In this document: one piece after another, positions 1 to 9,720 of the stretch
Layout: every line of letters starts with the position of its first letter
Position numbering within the stretch: position 1 is the stretch's first letter
Assembly (NCBI GenBank): GCA_964576005.1
Contig: CAZNTM010000001.1
Location: 3,711-67,710, forward strand
Length of the DNA: 64,000 nt
Source of the DNA: an uncultured Gammaproteobacteria bacterium
GTDB taxonomy: Bacteria; Patescibacteriota; Patescibacteriia; JACRJV01
Reading direction: 5' to 3'
The notes under the pieces: generated by a model
What the model was told of the DNA's origin: nothing
What the model saw: only the letters and a program-made list of their open reading frames with translations
Databases searched by the model: none
Translations under genes and position numbers: made by a program

Positions 1-38
1 TAAAGTGTATCGTGTCACCACGGATGGAGGTGTTGAGT

Positions 39-1682
39 ATGAATCCTAACACCGACGTGCTCATCTTAAGCGCGGGGCGGGTGGCTTCGGATATCGCAAG
101 TGTGGTCGGCGACATCCCTTCTGGTATGGTGCCGTTGAAGGGCAAGCCGGCAATTGCCTGGATTATTGATGGCTTACTTGAACAGGGATTTGAGCGCTTC
201 GTGGTCTCGGTCGGTTTTCGAAAAGAGCCACTCATACGTTTCTTGGAAAGCCGGTATGCCGAACGATGCGTTGTAACGATTGTGGAGGTTGATTTTCGGC
301 TTGCCCCTGGTAACTCATTGCTCTCCGGCCTCGCTCAAGTCAAAAGTCCTGACGTGCTGGTCGTGCTGGGCGACACCATTCTCCGTGAACCGTTGGTGCT
401 CAAAGAAAGCGTGGTTTATACATCAGCACGGTTTAATGATCCAACAAAGTGGTGTTTGGTTCGAGCCCGCGTCGATGGACAGCTCTGGCAGCTCTATGAC
501 AAGCAGGATGTTGAGGGCAGCGATTTGCGAGCACTGATCGGCGTGTACTATTTTCGGGATGCCGTGGCACTTCAACGGATTGGCAATGCGCTCGACCCAT
601 CAGCGCGCCACGAAATCAGCGAGTTGTTGTTACGCTATAACGCTGTAGATCCGATTCGCTGCGTCGAAGAACGCGCATGGCTCGATATCGGACACCTCGA
701 AACGTATCATCGTGCCAAGATTGCATGTTCGGGCGCACGTCAATTTAACGCGCTCTCCTACGACCCGCTTCAGGGGGTGATTACAAAACAAAGTACAAAC
801 GAGGAAAAACTCCGCGATGAAATCCACTGGTATAAGAACGTGCCAGCGTCGATCGCTCTTTTTGCCCCTCGCCTGGTTGCGGCAGTGGAAGAGACCCCAA
901 TGCGGCTTTCGCTTGAGTACTACGGCTACCCAACCCTTGCCGAACTCTTTGTCTACGGCAACCTCCATGTGCGTATCTGGAACGAGATCGTTCAAAAAGT
1001 GGTTCGGATTCTCCTCTTGTTTCAAGAGCATCCAGGGGAAGTGACCAAAGCAGACTATGAGCAGGTGTATCTCCGAAAGACCCGTCGGCGCATTGCGACG
1101 CTCACTGAAAAAGACCCCACGTTCCGTGAGCTCTTGAGTGCAGAAACAATCACGGTGAACGACGAGCCACTCGCAAACCTCGAGAGGCTCTGGCCGTTTA
1201 TTGAGCGTACCGTGGAGCGCCTCTATGGAGAGGGCAAGGGGCAGCACTGTTTTCTCCACGGCGATTTTTGTTTTTCAAACATTCTCTTTGATCCGACCAG
1301 CGGCGTGGTGCGACTTATCGACCCTCGTGGGCGCTGGGGGTCTTCATCGTCAGGAGATCTCCGCTATGATGCTGCAAAACTTCGCCACTCTGCCTCTGGA
1401 CTCTACGATCACATTGTTCATGATTTTTTTGTGGTCCGTCAGGACGGCGATGCGATTGAACTCCGTATCAACGCCAATGGTGAGCATGCCGCCATTGCCG
1501 ATGCGCTTGATCGGGCTCTTGAAAAATACTGGGACTTGAACGAGATTCGTTTTATCGAAGGATTGTTGTTTCTCTCTATGCTTCCGCTTCACCCCGAGCG
1601 ACAAGAACGACAGCTTGCCATGTACGCGACGGGCTTGAAGCTTTTAAATGACGTCAAGGCAGCGACCGAGCAAAAAGCCTAG
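39..1682 (+). CDS. Sugar-phosphate nucleotidyltransferase-like domain fused to an APH/choline-kinase-like domain (capsule biosynthesis protein)
   Basis: N-terminal LILSAG...PSGMVPLKGKP and VLGDT motifs; C-terminal Brenner-type HGDFCFSN and LIDPRG kinase motifs. ATG at 39 preferred over GTG at 12. Confidence 0.8.
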   Translation: MNPNTDVLILSAGRVASDIASVVGDIPSGMVPLKGKPAIAWIIDGLLEQGFERFVVSVGFRKEPLIRFLESRYAERCVVTIVEVDFRLAPGNSLLSGLAQVKSPDVLVVLGDTILREPLVLKESVVYTSARFNDPTKWCLVRARVDGQLWQLYDKQDVEGSDLRALIGVYYFRDAVALQRIGNALDPSARHEISELLLRYNAVDPIRCVEERAWLDIGHLETYHRAKIACSGARQFNALSYDPLQGVITKQSTNEEKLRDEIHWYKNVPASIALFAPRLVAAVEETPMRLSLEYYGYPTLAELFVYGNLHVRIWNEIVQKVVRILLLFQEHPGEVTKADYEQVYLRKTRRRIATLTEKDPTFRELLSAETITVNDEPLANLERLWPFIERTVERLYGEGKGQHCFLHGDFCFSNILFDPTSGVVRLIDPRGRWGSSSSGDLRYDAAKLRHSASGLYDHIVHDFFVVRQDGDAIELRINANGEHAAIADALDRALEKYWDLNEIRFIEGLLFLSMLPLHPERQERQLAMYATGLKLLNDVKAATEQKA

Positions 1683-1692
1683 TGTTTTGTCT

Positions 1693-2442
1693 ATGGTTGT
1701 GGTTATTGCCATGGCAGGGGAGGGCAAACGGTTCGCCGAGATCGGCATTCGCGAGCCCAAGTATGCCATCGTGGCTCGCGGTAAACCGTTGTTCGATTGG
1801 GCTCTCTCGAGCGTGGCGCCCTGGTTTGAGAGAGCACAGTTTCGTTTTGTTGCTCGGCAAGGTGTAGCGGAGTTTATCAACGAGCGCTGCAGGGTTCTCG
1901 GTATTCGCTCATCAAGTATTGTTGCGCTTTCAGCCCCAACCGACGGACAGGCCACTACGGTACTCAACGGCATTGAGGATCTTGATGCTCGCGAAGCAAT
2001 GCTCATCTACAATATTGATACACACCTTATCGCAGGCGCACTTTCTGCTGATGATATTGACCCTGGCGATGCTGGTTGGGTAGCGCTTTTTCGTGCCCCC
2101 GGAACGCACTGGAGTTTTGCGAGTCTTGATCCCAATGGCCGGGTGCTCGATGTCTCGGAGAAAGTGCGTATTTCCGATTTTGCTTCGATTGGATTGTATT
2201 ATTTTCAATCTATTCAACTCTTTGAAGATGCCTATAAAGCAAGGGCGGCATCAACCATTGAGCGCTACGGTGAGCTCTATGTGATGCCGCTTTACCACCA
2301 TCTCCTGGAGCAGGGACTTCCTGTTGGATCAACCGTGGTCCGTTCGGACGAGGTCATCCCGTTGGGTACCCCGGAAGAGTTGGCGCGTTTTGATCCAGTG
2401 TTTAGAGATCGAATCTCCAAACACACCTCTCCTCTCCTATGA
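1693..2442 (+). CDS. NTP-transferase (dTDP-glucose pyrophosphorylase-like)
   Basis: IAMAGEGKRF...EPKY, TDGQATTV, IYNIDT, WSFA, SEKVRIS, ELYV, LGTPEEL motifs. Confidence 0.8.
   Translation: MVVVIAMAGEGKRFAEIGIREPKYAIVARGKPLFDWALSSVAPWFERAQFRFVARQGVAEFINERCRVLGIRSSSIVALSAPTDGQATTVLNGIEDLDAREAMLIYNIDTHLIAGALSADDIDPGDAGWVALFRAPGTHWSFASLDPNGRVLDVSEKVRISDFASIGLYYFQSIQLFEDAYKARAASTIERYGELYVMPLYHHLLEQGLPVGSTVVRSDEVIPLGTPEELARFDPVFRDRISKHTSPLL
2398..2424. repeat. REP-like palindrome copy 1 (GTGTTTAGAGAT-CGA-ATCTCCAAACAC, one mismatch)
   Basis: Inverted repeat with CGA loop, inside the 3' end of the upstream CDS, 14 bp before the transposase ATG. Confidence 0.9.
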
Positions 2443-3182
2443 AGAAACCTGAGTTTGCCAACGGTGAGATTTACCATATTTACAACCGTGGCGTCGAGAA
2501 GCGGAGGATTTTCACCACTGACCGCGATCATCGTCGCTTTCTTCACAATCTGATTGAGTTTAATGATGAAGAGTGCGCGTTGCCATCAAACGTTCGACTG
2601 GGCGAAAGAACGCCAGCCAATGCGAAATGTTTGGAGATCGAATCTCCAAACATGGAGAGGCTTGGCAGCAAGCAGGTGACGATTCGCCTGCGGAAGCTTT
2701 TTGTTGAAATTCTTGCCTTCTGCCTCATGCCGAATCATTTCCATCTCCTTGTCCGACAGCGAAGAACAGACGGGGTAGTACGATTTATGCAAAAGATGGG
2801 TGTCGGCTACACGATGTACTTTAACCTTAAATATAAACGTGTTGGTCCGCTTTTCCAAGGCGGCTTTAAGGCAGTGCACGTCAGTGACGAAAAACATTTT
2901 CTCTATTTACCCACCTATATTCATGCAAACCCTCTCGACCTCTATGAACGCGAGTGGCGGATACAGCGAGTGAAAAACCCAGCAGCAGCGTTTGAGTTTA
3001 TGCGGCAATATCACTGGAGTAGTTTTCGCGATTACATTGGTGAGCGCGGGTTTCCGGCACTCACCCAGCGTGAGTTTCTTTCCGAGGTTCTCGAAGGGCC
3101 AAAAATGTATAAGCGCTTTGTGCAGCAGTGGCTCAAGATGCAGGATCAGCTGGGACCAATTCATGATCTTATCCTTGAGTAA
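2439..3182 (+). mobile_element. REP-associated tyrosine transposase (RAYT, Y1/HUH, IS200-like fold)
   Basis: YHIYNRG...IF, CLMPNHFHLL (HUH), GPLFQG.FK, YIHANP and YHWSS motifs; associated palindromes. Confidence 0.92.
2627..2653. repeat. REP-like palindrome copy 2, inside the transposase ORF (ATGTTTGGAGAT-CGA-ATCTCCAAACAT)
   Basis: Perfect 12-bp stem with 3-nt loop, translated as CLEIESPNM. Confidence 0.92.
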
Positions 3183-3209
3183 TGTTTGGAGATCGAATCT
3201 CCAAACATT
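3181..3209. repeat. REP-like palindrome copy 3 (AATGTTTGGAGAT-CGA-ATCTCCAAACATT)
   Basis: Perfect 13-bp stem overlapping the TAA stop of the transposase. Confidence 0.92.
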
Positions 3210-3214
3210 GGGGT

Positions 3215-3256
3215 AAAAAATGGCTCCAGCAGTGTAGGGGTCCTAGACTGCTGGAG
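3215..3256 (-). terminator. Probable intrinsic terminator of the IMPase-ydcF cassette
   Basis: CTCCAGCAGT/ACTGCTGGAG stem followed on the minus strand by a T6 run. Confidence 0.6.
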
Positions 3257-3269
3257 TGTTGCCGATGAG

Positions 3270-3908
3270 TTACGGCCTGAGCATCGTCCGCGCCCAAGCG
3301 ACGAGGTCCTCTGGCAAGTCGGGCTGCGGGTCGCTCCAGCCTTTGCCCGGCCAGTCGGCGACGCGGAGAAGCTCGCGGAGAACTTCTCGCTGGTGGCTCG
3401 GGTTCTCCGGATCGAAAAGCTCTTCCATAGTGACCACCTCGTACTCGGCGGTGAAGCCTTGTTCACGGGCGATCTTCGTGTGCACCGCGTGCAGACGTCT
3501 GGCGTTTCTTGGGTGCATCACGAGGATGAGGTCGTTGTACGGAAGATGACTATTGAGGATGAGCCTCATTGAGAACCGTGAATTCTCCACACCGTTGCTG
3601 GCCGTCGGTTCGATCAAGAGTTGCGACCTCGAGACGTGGTGTTGTTCCATGAGGAGCTTTCTTTGATGTTCGGCCTCCGGGATCTTGAGGTCACCGGAGT
3701 CCTTGCCGAAACCGCCAGTCAGCAGTGCCCAGTCGATGAGGTTGCGCTGGAAGAGGATCGCGGTTGCCGCAGCCATGCCCGGATCCTGCCGACAGAACAC
3801 GATGGCTCCGTCGGCTCGCGTCAGCTTGGAGTTCTTTGCGGGAAGTCCGCAGTTCATGTAGCTGGCGATCTTCAGATACTTCTTGAGGTCTGCGTCGTTG
3901 GTTGTCAA
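3270..3908 (-). CDS. YdcF/ElyC/SanA (DUF218) family protein
   Basis: LLTGGFG, PEAE, IEPTASNGVENSRFS motifs; GAGGAGG SD before a TTG start. Confidence 0.75.
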   Translation of the reverse strand: MTTNDADLKKYLKIASYMNCGLPAKNSKLTRADGAIVFCRQDPGMAAATAILFQRNLIDWALLTGGFGKDSGDLKIPEAEHQRKLLMEQHHVSRSQLLIEPTASNGVENSRFSMRLILNSHLPYNDLILVMHPRNARRLHAVHTKIAREQGFTAEYEVVTMEELFDPENPSHQREVLRELLRVADWPGKGWSDPQPDLPEDLVAWARTMLRP

Positions 3909-3941
3909 CGAAATTCCCTCCTCGGGATTGTCGAGCGGACG

Positions 3942-4798
3942 TTACCACGACGCGTGGAGCAGCCCTGTGAGGGTGTCTACGGTTTCTCTGGAGTTGCCAG
4001 AGATCAGGATGTCGTAGCTCGTGACCTTGAGCGGATCGTGCTCGGTCAGCATGCCATCGCGGATACTGAAGCCGCGGCTGCGCCGCCGGCTTTGAGCACG
4101 AGCAGCACGCCTGCGATGTCCCATGGGCCACTCATGCCGGTGGTGATCTGGGCGGCTGCGAAGGCGCCTCCGTTCGCAACCAGCGCCTGGTGCATGCCGT
4201 TGGATCCTAGCATGAGTATGCGCGATCGCTTTGAGATCGCGACCATGAATCGGCTCATCTGTTCGTCAGTCATGGTCCCATGGTGGCCGACGTTTCGATC
4301 GAGGAAGACCACGGAATACGGTGAGAGCGATCCGTCCTGCACCTGACAGGGTATGGACTCTTCGCCTTCTCCGTCGCCCGTCACGCAGACCGTCTTATCC
4401 TCTTGGTCTGCCCACCAGATCCGTTCGGTGGCCGGGTCTCCGATTGCAACGAATTCCACCTGGCCTTCCGCATTGATGATCGCGATGATGACGGTGCTCG
4501 TCGCCGCCCCTACCATGAAGGCCCGGGTGCCGTCGAGTGGATCACAAATGATCGTTCGCTCTCCAGTGCCCTCGGACGTGCCTTCTTCTCCTTGAAAACG
4601 GAAGTCGTCAAGGCCGCTAAGCTCCTCCATTATTTCTATCTCTGCCCGTGTGTCGGTCTGGGTGACGGGGCTGCCGTCAGGCTTCGTCTCGACCAGGCCT
4701 TTCCGCGAATTGAGGAGGTCGTACTTGACGATTTTCATTCCAGAGCGAAGCGCATTGAAGATAGTATCCCGTACTTCCACGTCAATTGGGATGCGCAC
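3942..4798 (-). pseudogene. Inositol monophosphatase family protein, frameshifted near 4076
   Basis: KPDGSPVT.TD, GEE, DPLDGT and PWDIAG...AGG motifs. The C-terminus (GFSIRDG...ILISGNS...LLHASW) continues in another frame to 3942; adding one base restores it. Confidence 0.75.
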
Positions 4799-4804
4799 GA
4801 TGTA

Positions 4805-4893
4805 CCTCCAAATTGTTCAAGAGCGCCGAGCGCCTATTGGTGTTCTAGACAAACTCGATCGGCTACTATGGCGCATTGACCGCGAGATGTCAA
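4805..4893 (-). promoter_or_regulatory. Sigma70 promoter, hairpin, boxA-like motif and SD
   Basis: On the minus strand: TTGACA-17-CATAGT, then GCTCTTGAACAA, then GGAGGT. Confidence 0.6.
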
Positions 4894-4905
4894 GCGTGTG
4901 TGTGT

Positions 4906-6222
4906 TTACGAAAAAGATTTTTCTACAAGTTTTGCGATTTTCATTCCTTCCCGCACCGCAAAGTTCGTGCCGCGGTCTTCGGGGAAAATTTGAGAAAAAT
5001 TTGCGAGATAGACGTTTGGGAGCGGCGTCTCGTAGCTGGGGATTTTGGTTTCATAGTTGGTATCAACAATGTGCTGCGCGTTTTTGAATCGAAATAGATA
5101 TTTTTCATGGATTGCATCTTCCTGAAACTCGGGGAAGATTTTTTTAAGGCCCGCGAAAAATTCTCGATACAATGACTGTTCAGGATCGCTAAAATAGCGA
5201 TGTTCATGCGGGAGGTACGTGCCGAGATAATAGACGTGCTGACCGCCATAGGTTGCTTTGTCTACGAGGTTGGTATGCTGGAGAAACACGAGAAATGGAG
5301 AGGAGAGGTCGTTGATATTATGCCAGTAGGCTCGGCTCAACGACTGTGGCGATGAAAAAACGAGCAGTACTGCCCCGAGATAGTGGATTTGCTCAAGGTG
5401 GCTCCAATAGCTACTGTTTGGGCGTGACTCGTGTTTTGTGATGCGAAGAAAGGTGTGCGACGGCACCGTACAAATCATGGCGTCAAATTTGTCACGACTC
5501 CCGTCTGCCATCGTGAGTGTGGGGCGAGCGTCTGGTGATGTAATGGATTGGATGGCGGCATGATAGTGGATCTCGACGCCAAGCGAATCAAGCCTTTTTT
5601 CGAGTGCATTGATGAGAATCTGGAAACCGTTTTTAAAGTACACCACTGCTTCGCGCCCGTGGTGTTTTGAGTTGGCCCTCACATGAATGCGCGCCCAGAG
5701 CCACGCCATCGAGATATCCTTGGCGTAGTGGTGGAATTTTCCTTTTAAGAGTGGCTCCCAGACCACGGCGTATGCTTTTGGGCCGTACCATTTTTTAATC
5801 CAGGCGACCGCTGGGATGGTTATAAACCCTCGCCAGTTGGAAACGTGTTGAAGGGAGAATGTGACGATGCCGAAGCGAAGGCGGTGGAAGAAGGGGAGCG
5901 GGGTGAATCGTGATAGGTCCAGTGCGCTGCCAAATCGAAAGAGCCGACCATTGGCGTACATTGCGGTTTTATTTTTACAGTAGAGGAGTTCGTCTTTCAG
6001 GCCCAACTCGGTGGCAAGCGCAATCATATCAGTATCGCTCGTAAACAGGTGATGGTAGGCTTTTTCAAGGTTTGCGCCCCCGATCGTGAACCCGCCGGCA
6101 AGACCGCCCAAAACCTGACTGCGCTCAAAAAGAGAGACCCGGTGTCCGGCTCGGGCCAGTGTGTACGCGGCTACCATGCCGGTAAAGCCGCCGCCGATAA
6201 TCGCAACATGCTTAGGAGACAT
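4906..6222 (-). CDS. FAD-dependent oxidoreductase (amine oxidase/protoporphyrinogen oxidase-like)
   Basis: IIGGGFTG...ERSQVLGGLA dinucleotide motif, YHHLF, QIFPEDRGTN; overlaps the gtrB-like stop. Confidence 0.85.
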   Translation of the reverse strand: MSPKHVAIIGGGFTGMVAAYTLARAGHRVSLFERSQVLGGLAGGFTIGGANLEKAYHHLFTSDTDMIALATELGLKDELLYCKNKTAMYANGRLFRFGSALDLSRFTPLPFFHRLRFGIVTFSLQHVSNWRGFITIPAVAWIKKWYGPKAYAVVWEPLLKGKFHHYAKDISMAWLWARIHVRANSKHHGREAVVYFKNGFQILINALEKRLDSLGVEIHYHAAIQSITSPDARPTLTMADGSRDKFDAMICTVPSHTFLRITKHESRPNSSYWSHLEQIHYLGAVLLVFSSPQSLSRAYWHNINDLSSPFLVFLQHTNLVDKATYGGQHVYYLGTYLPHEHRYFSDPEQSLYREFFAGLKKIFPEFQEDAIHEKYLFRFKNAQHIVDTNYETKIPSYETPLPNVYLANFSQIFPEDRGTNFAVREGMKIAKLVEKSFS

Positions 6223-7159
6223 CGGGAAGATTCTTGGTTTCCTTGATGATATAGAGGGGTCGTTTTCTCGTCTCAATATAGATGCGGCCAAGGTACTCGC
6301 TTAACAGCCCTAAAATGAGCATCTGCATGCCGTGGAGAAAAAATGTGAGAATCACAATGATGGTAAACCCCGAAACCGTATATTCCGGAAAAAATATGCG
6401 TTTGCCAGTAATATAGATTCCTCCAATGAAACTGGCGGCAGCGGTTAAGAGACCGAGGTAGGAAATAAGCCGGAGTGGCTTGACCGAGAAACCGGTCACC
6501 CCATCAATGGCGAGTTTCAATGATTGTTGGAGAAGTTTGTATTTTGATCGGCCGGCAAAACGGTCATGGCGGTCGTAGAGCACCGCAGTCTGCGGGAATC
6601 CCACAAACGATGTAAGCCCTCTCAGATAGCGGTTTTGTTCGCGAAACCGTTTTAACTCTTCCACCACTTTTTTGTCGAGCAGTCGAAAATCTCCCGCATC
6701 GGTTGGGATTGGGATATCCGAGAGCATGTTCAATACCCGATAGTACACATGAGCAGTGAGTTTTTTAAGGCGACTCTCTTTTGCTCCACGACTGCGGCGT
6801 TTGGCATAGACGACTTTGTAGCCTTTGCGCCACTCATCAATGAGTTCCAGGGCCACATGGGGCGGATCTTGCAGATCGGCGTCCATCATGATCACCGCGT
6901 CGCCTTGCGCGGTATCGAGCCCAGCAGTAATGGCGATTTGGTGACCGAAGTTTCTGGAGAAGACGATGGTTTTTACGAACGGGTGTTGGAGAGCCAAGGT
7001 ATGGATCAGCTCCACAGATCGGTCGGTGCTGCCATCGTCGACAAAAATAAATTCAAGCTGGTCCGTGAGCTTTTCTCGCAGCCCAAGTAACTGCTCAAAT
7101 AATGCGGGTAGGGTATCTTCTTCGTTGTAGACGGGAAGAACAAAAGAAATTTGGGCCAT
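6212..7159 (-). CDS. GtrB-like polyprenol-phosphate glycosyltransferase (GT2)
   Basis: LPVYNEE, VDDGSTD, SRNFGHQ.A, MDADLQDPP, GDFRL; two C-terminal TM helices. Confidence 0.92.
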   Translation of the reverse strand: MAQISFVLPVYNEEDTLPALFEQLLGLREKLTDQLEFIFVDDGSTDRSVELIHTLALQHPFVKTIVFSRNFGHQIAITAGLDTAQGDAVIMMDADLQDPPHVALELIDEWRKGYKVVYAKRRSRGAKESRLKKLTAHVYYRVLNMLSDIPIPTDAGDFRLLDKKVVEELKRFREQNRYLRGLTSFVGFPQTAVLYDRHDRFAGRSKYKLLQQSLKLAIDGVTGFSVKPLRLISYLGLLTAAASFIGGIYITGKRIFFPEYTVSGFTIIVILTFFLHGMQMLILGLLSEYLGRIYIETRKRPLYIIKETKNLPDVS

Positions 7160-7165
7160 ACCTCT

Positions 7166-7555
7166 TTAGCGCTCCTCTTTTTCAGCAACAGCCTTAAAAA
7201 TGAAGTTCCGTTGAAGGACGTAATTGTAGAGAAAGACAACTCCGGTTGCTAGCATACGGGAGAGCATCGCCGAGAGGTGGACGCCGTCAATGAAGAGTGC
7301 AAGCAATCCGTAGGTGATGAAGAGACCTCCAATCGTGACGCCAACAAAGCTTCCGAGTTGACGCACCATGCGTTTGGAGGGATCGCGGAAGGTTAGGTAC
7401 TTATTACAGAAGAAGCTGACGAGTGTGCCAAGCGTCGAAGAGAGCGTCACACTTGCGATGTAGTGCCAACCGAGCCGGGTATTCGTGAGGTAAAACGCGC
7501 TCCAGTCAATAGTGGTCGCAATGGCTCCGAAAAAGGCGAAGGTGAGCAGCTGCAT
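7166..7555 (-). CDS. GtrA family polyprenol-linked sugar translocase
   Basis: 129 aa, four TM segments, FF.NKYLTF and YNY..QRNFIF; adjacent to gtrB-like gene. Confidence 0.88.
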   Translation of the reverse strand: MQLLTFAFFGAIATTIDWSAFYLTNTRLGWHYIASVTLSSTLGTLVSFFCNKYLTFRDPSKRMVRQLGSFVGVTIGGLFITYGLLALFIDGVHLSAMLSRMLATGVVFLYNYVLQRNFIFKAVAEKEER

Positions 7556-7634
7556 AGTGAATATTTATGGTAGCCTAATTCTCTTGATCTTTGCAATGGG
7601 AGACGGTATGATAGGCACGCATCTTTTTTGTGCT

Positions 7635-9068
7635 ATGCAACAACCTCGTCGGCCGTTATTAAGCCCCCAGCAATGCGCTGATCTCGACATCGAGAAGGTG
7701 CATGCGCTCTACAGAGCGTACGTGAATTCCACTCAAGTGGATCTCATGAGCGCTTTTGGGTTTGGGCGGACGACCATAACCCGTGCCGAAGGAATGTACA
7801 TCGAGATTGCCGATGGTCGGCAGATCCTTGATTTTACCGGGGGCATCGGAGTATTAAATCACGGACACAATCACCCTCGGATTGTCGCGGCACGTCGGGC
7901 GTATGGAGAGCAGCAGCGCATGGAAGTGCACAAGAATTTTTTCTCGCCCTACATCGCCGGGTTAAGTCACAACATCGCGCAGCTCATGCCCGAGGATCTT
8001 ACCATTTCTTATTTTTGCAATTCCGGAGCTGAATCGGTTGAAGGCGCAGTGAAACTGGCGTATAAGTATCATGGAGGATCCCGTCGGCATATTCTCACGT
8101 CCGACATTTCTTTTCACGGCAAACTTTTAGGTTCTGGAGGATTGACGAAGTCCCCCGAGGTGCATTTTCAATTTCCGACCATCCCAAACATCGAGGTCTT
8201 CGAGTATGACAGTATTGAGAGTGTGAAGGCGCAGACCGCCAGGCTCCGAAAACCGGATGGAACATCAGACATCTATGCGCTCATTCTCGAGCCGATGAAT
8301 GGGAGTAGTTTGCGGGAATGTAGTACAGAATTTTTGAAGGCGTTGCGAGATCTCTGTACACAAGAAGACATTGTTCTCATTTTTGACGAAGTGTATACGG
8401 GCTGGGCAAAGACCGGGGAGATTTTTTACTTCATGCATCATGGTGTCGTTCCGGATATCGTAACCTCCTCAAAATCTTTCGGGGGCGGGAAGGCCACGAT
8501 TGCGTGTTATATCACGCGCGAGCGAATCTTTAGAAAGGCGTACGACAACATGAATGACGCGATTCTCCATAGCACGACCTTTAACGGCTTTGGAGAAGAG
8601 ACCGTCACCGCCATTGAGGCAATCAATATTTTGGTCGAAGACGACTACCCAGCTCGGTCAAAACATATTGGGGAGCGCATTCGTGCTGGACTCACGCGCC
8701 TCAAAGAGAAGTACCCGGATTTTATTGATGACATTCGCGGTCGCGGGGCATTAAACGGTGTCCTGTTGAACCCGACCATCAATGCCGTCATGAAGGCGGC
8801 ACTTCAATTTATTCCCGGTTCATTCTTTAAGGATGAGCGCCTCGTTGCAAAACTCGTGACCTCCGCGGTCATTTCCGAGCTCTACACTACCCACAACATC
8901 CTCACCTTTTACGGTTCAAATCGGGAAATTCCACTCATTATCTCACCGTCGCTTATTGCCACCGATGAGGACATTGATCGCTTCCTTGATGCATTAGACA
9001 AAACCTTAGCGGTTGGTAAATACCCCCTGCTCTTAAAATTCGCCAAGAGCAAATTTTTAAAATCCTGA
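7635..9068 (+). CDS. Class III PLP aminotransferase
   Basis: LNHGHNHP, NSGAESVEGA, SFHG, ILEP, IFDEVYTG, PDIV.SSKSFGGG. Confidence 0.92.
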   Translation: MQQPRRPLLSPQQCADLDIEKVHALYRAYVNSTQVDLMSAFGFGRTTITRAEGMYIEIADGRQILDFTGGIGVLNHGHNHPRIVAARRAYGEQQRMEVHKNFFSPYIAGLSHNIAQLMPEDLTISYFCNSGAESVEGAVKLAYKYHGGSRRHILTSDISFHGKLLGSGGLTKSPEVHFQFPTIPNIEVFEYDSIESVKAQTARLRKPDGTSDIYALILEPMNGSSLRECSTEFLKALRDLCTQEDIVLIFDEVYTGWAKTGEIFYFMHHGVVPDIVTSSKSFGGGKATIACYITRERIFRKAYDNMNDAILHSTTFNGFGEETVTAIEAINILVEDDYPARSKHIGERIRAGLTRLKEKYPDFIDDIRGRGALNGVLLNPTINAVMKAALQFIPGSFFKDERLVAKLVTSAVISELYTTHNILTFYGSNREIPLIISPSLIATDEDIDRFLDALDKTLAVGKYPLLLKFAKSKFLKS

Positions 9069-9074
9069 CCGGTT

Positions 9075-9449
9075 ATGCCAGTGTGGCAGCAGACGCTTGT
9101 TGGCATCGCCCTCCATCACATTGAAACGCTCGAATGTTCGAGCGTTCTTGATGGCGACACAACGCTCCGGACCACTCTTGCTGACGCTTTCAACGAGGTC
9201 GTGTCCTCGCAGCCGTGGTACTTTCGATGGGGGATCAAAACGTATGCTTTTGGACTCGGCTCGGTCTGTTGGGCCATAAACTGGCAGCACCTTTCGGCGC
9301 TGCCAATGGTTCAACGCCAGGCATTTCTTCGACGCGTTCGAATACTTCCATTCTTTGGGCTTATCGAGATATTTGCGCAAAGCACTGCCTTTTTGAATGT
9401 GTTTGACTACCTCGCGTTGGCCGAACGTCTGCCGTCATCGGCCCAGTAA
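9075..9449 (+). CDS. Hypothetical protein, possible small partner of the GMC oxidoreductase
   Basis: 124-aa ORF 6 bp after the aminotransferase; helical; sits before the GMC gene. Confidence 0.55.
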   Translation: MPVWQQTLVGIALHHIETLECSSVLDGDTTLRTTLADAFNEVVSSQPWYFRWGIKTYAFGLGSVCWAINWQHLSALPMVQRQAFLRRVRILPFFGLIEIFAQSTAFLNVFDYLALAERLPSSAQ

Positions 9450-9495
9450 TACAACGCCCAGAGACCTATCCTGTAATGCATTTCAATCATTATGA

Positions 9496-9628
9496 CTCTG
9501 AATTACGAAACGCCCTTTTTGTCACCCTGAGCTTGTCGAAGGGTGACTGAAAGAGGCGAAATACATGGCCTTTGCGTCATGGTTCGACAAGCTCACCATG
9601 ACAATGGAAGGAGTTTCGTAATTCACAG
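9496..9628 (+). mobile_element. 133-bp MITE copy 1 with internal REP doublet
   Basis: TIRs CTCTGAATTACGAAAC / GTTTCGTAATTCACAG; 7-bp direct repeat ATTATGA on both sides. Confidence 0.95.
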
Positions 9629-9720
9629 ATTATGAAGGCACTCTCTTACTTTACAATACAAGTGCTCCCCAGCAGACTGCTCCGACCGCGGTCGGAGCAC
9701 TGGGCGATGATATACTGGGT

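Noticed and set aside
3186-4346. Plus-strand ORFs 3186-3572 and 3621-4346
   Set aside because: They are antisense to ydcF and the IMPase, which carry motifs and SD sites; one starts inside the REP palindrome.
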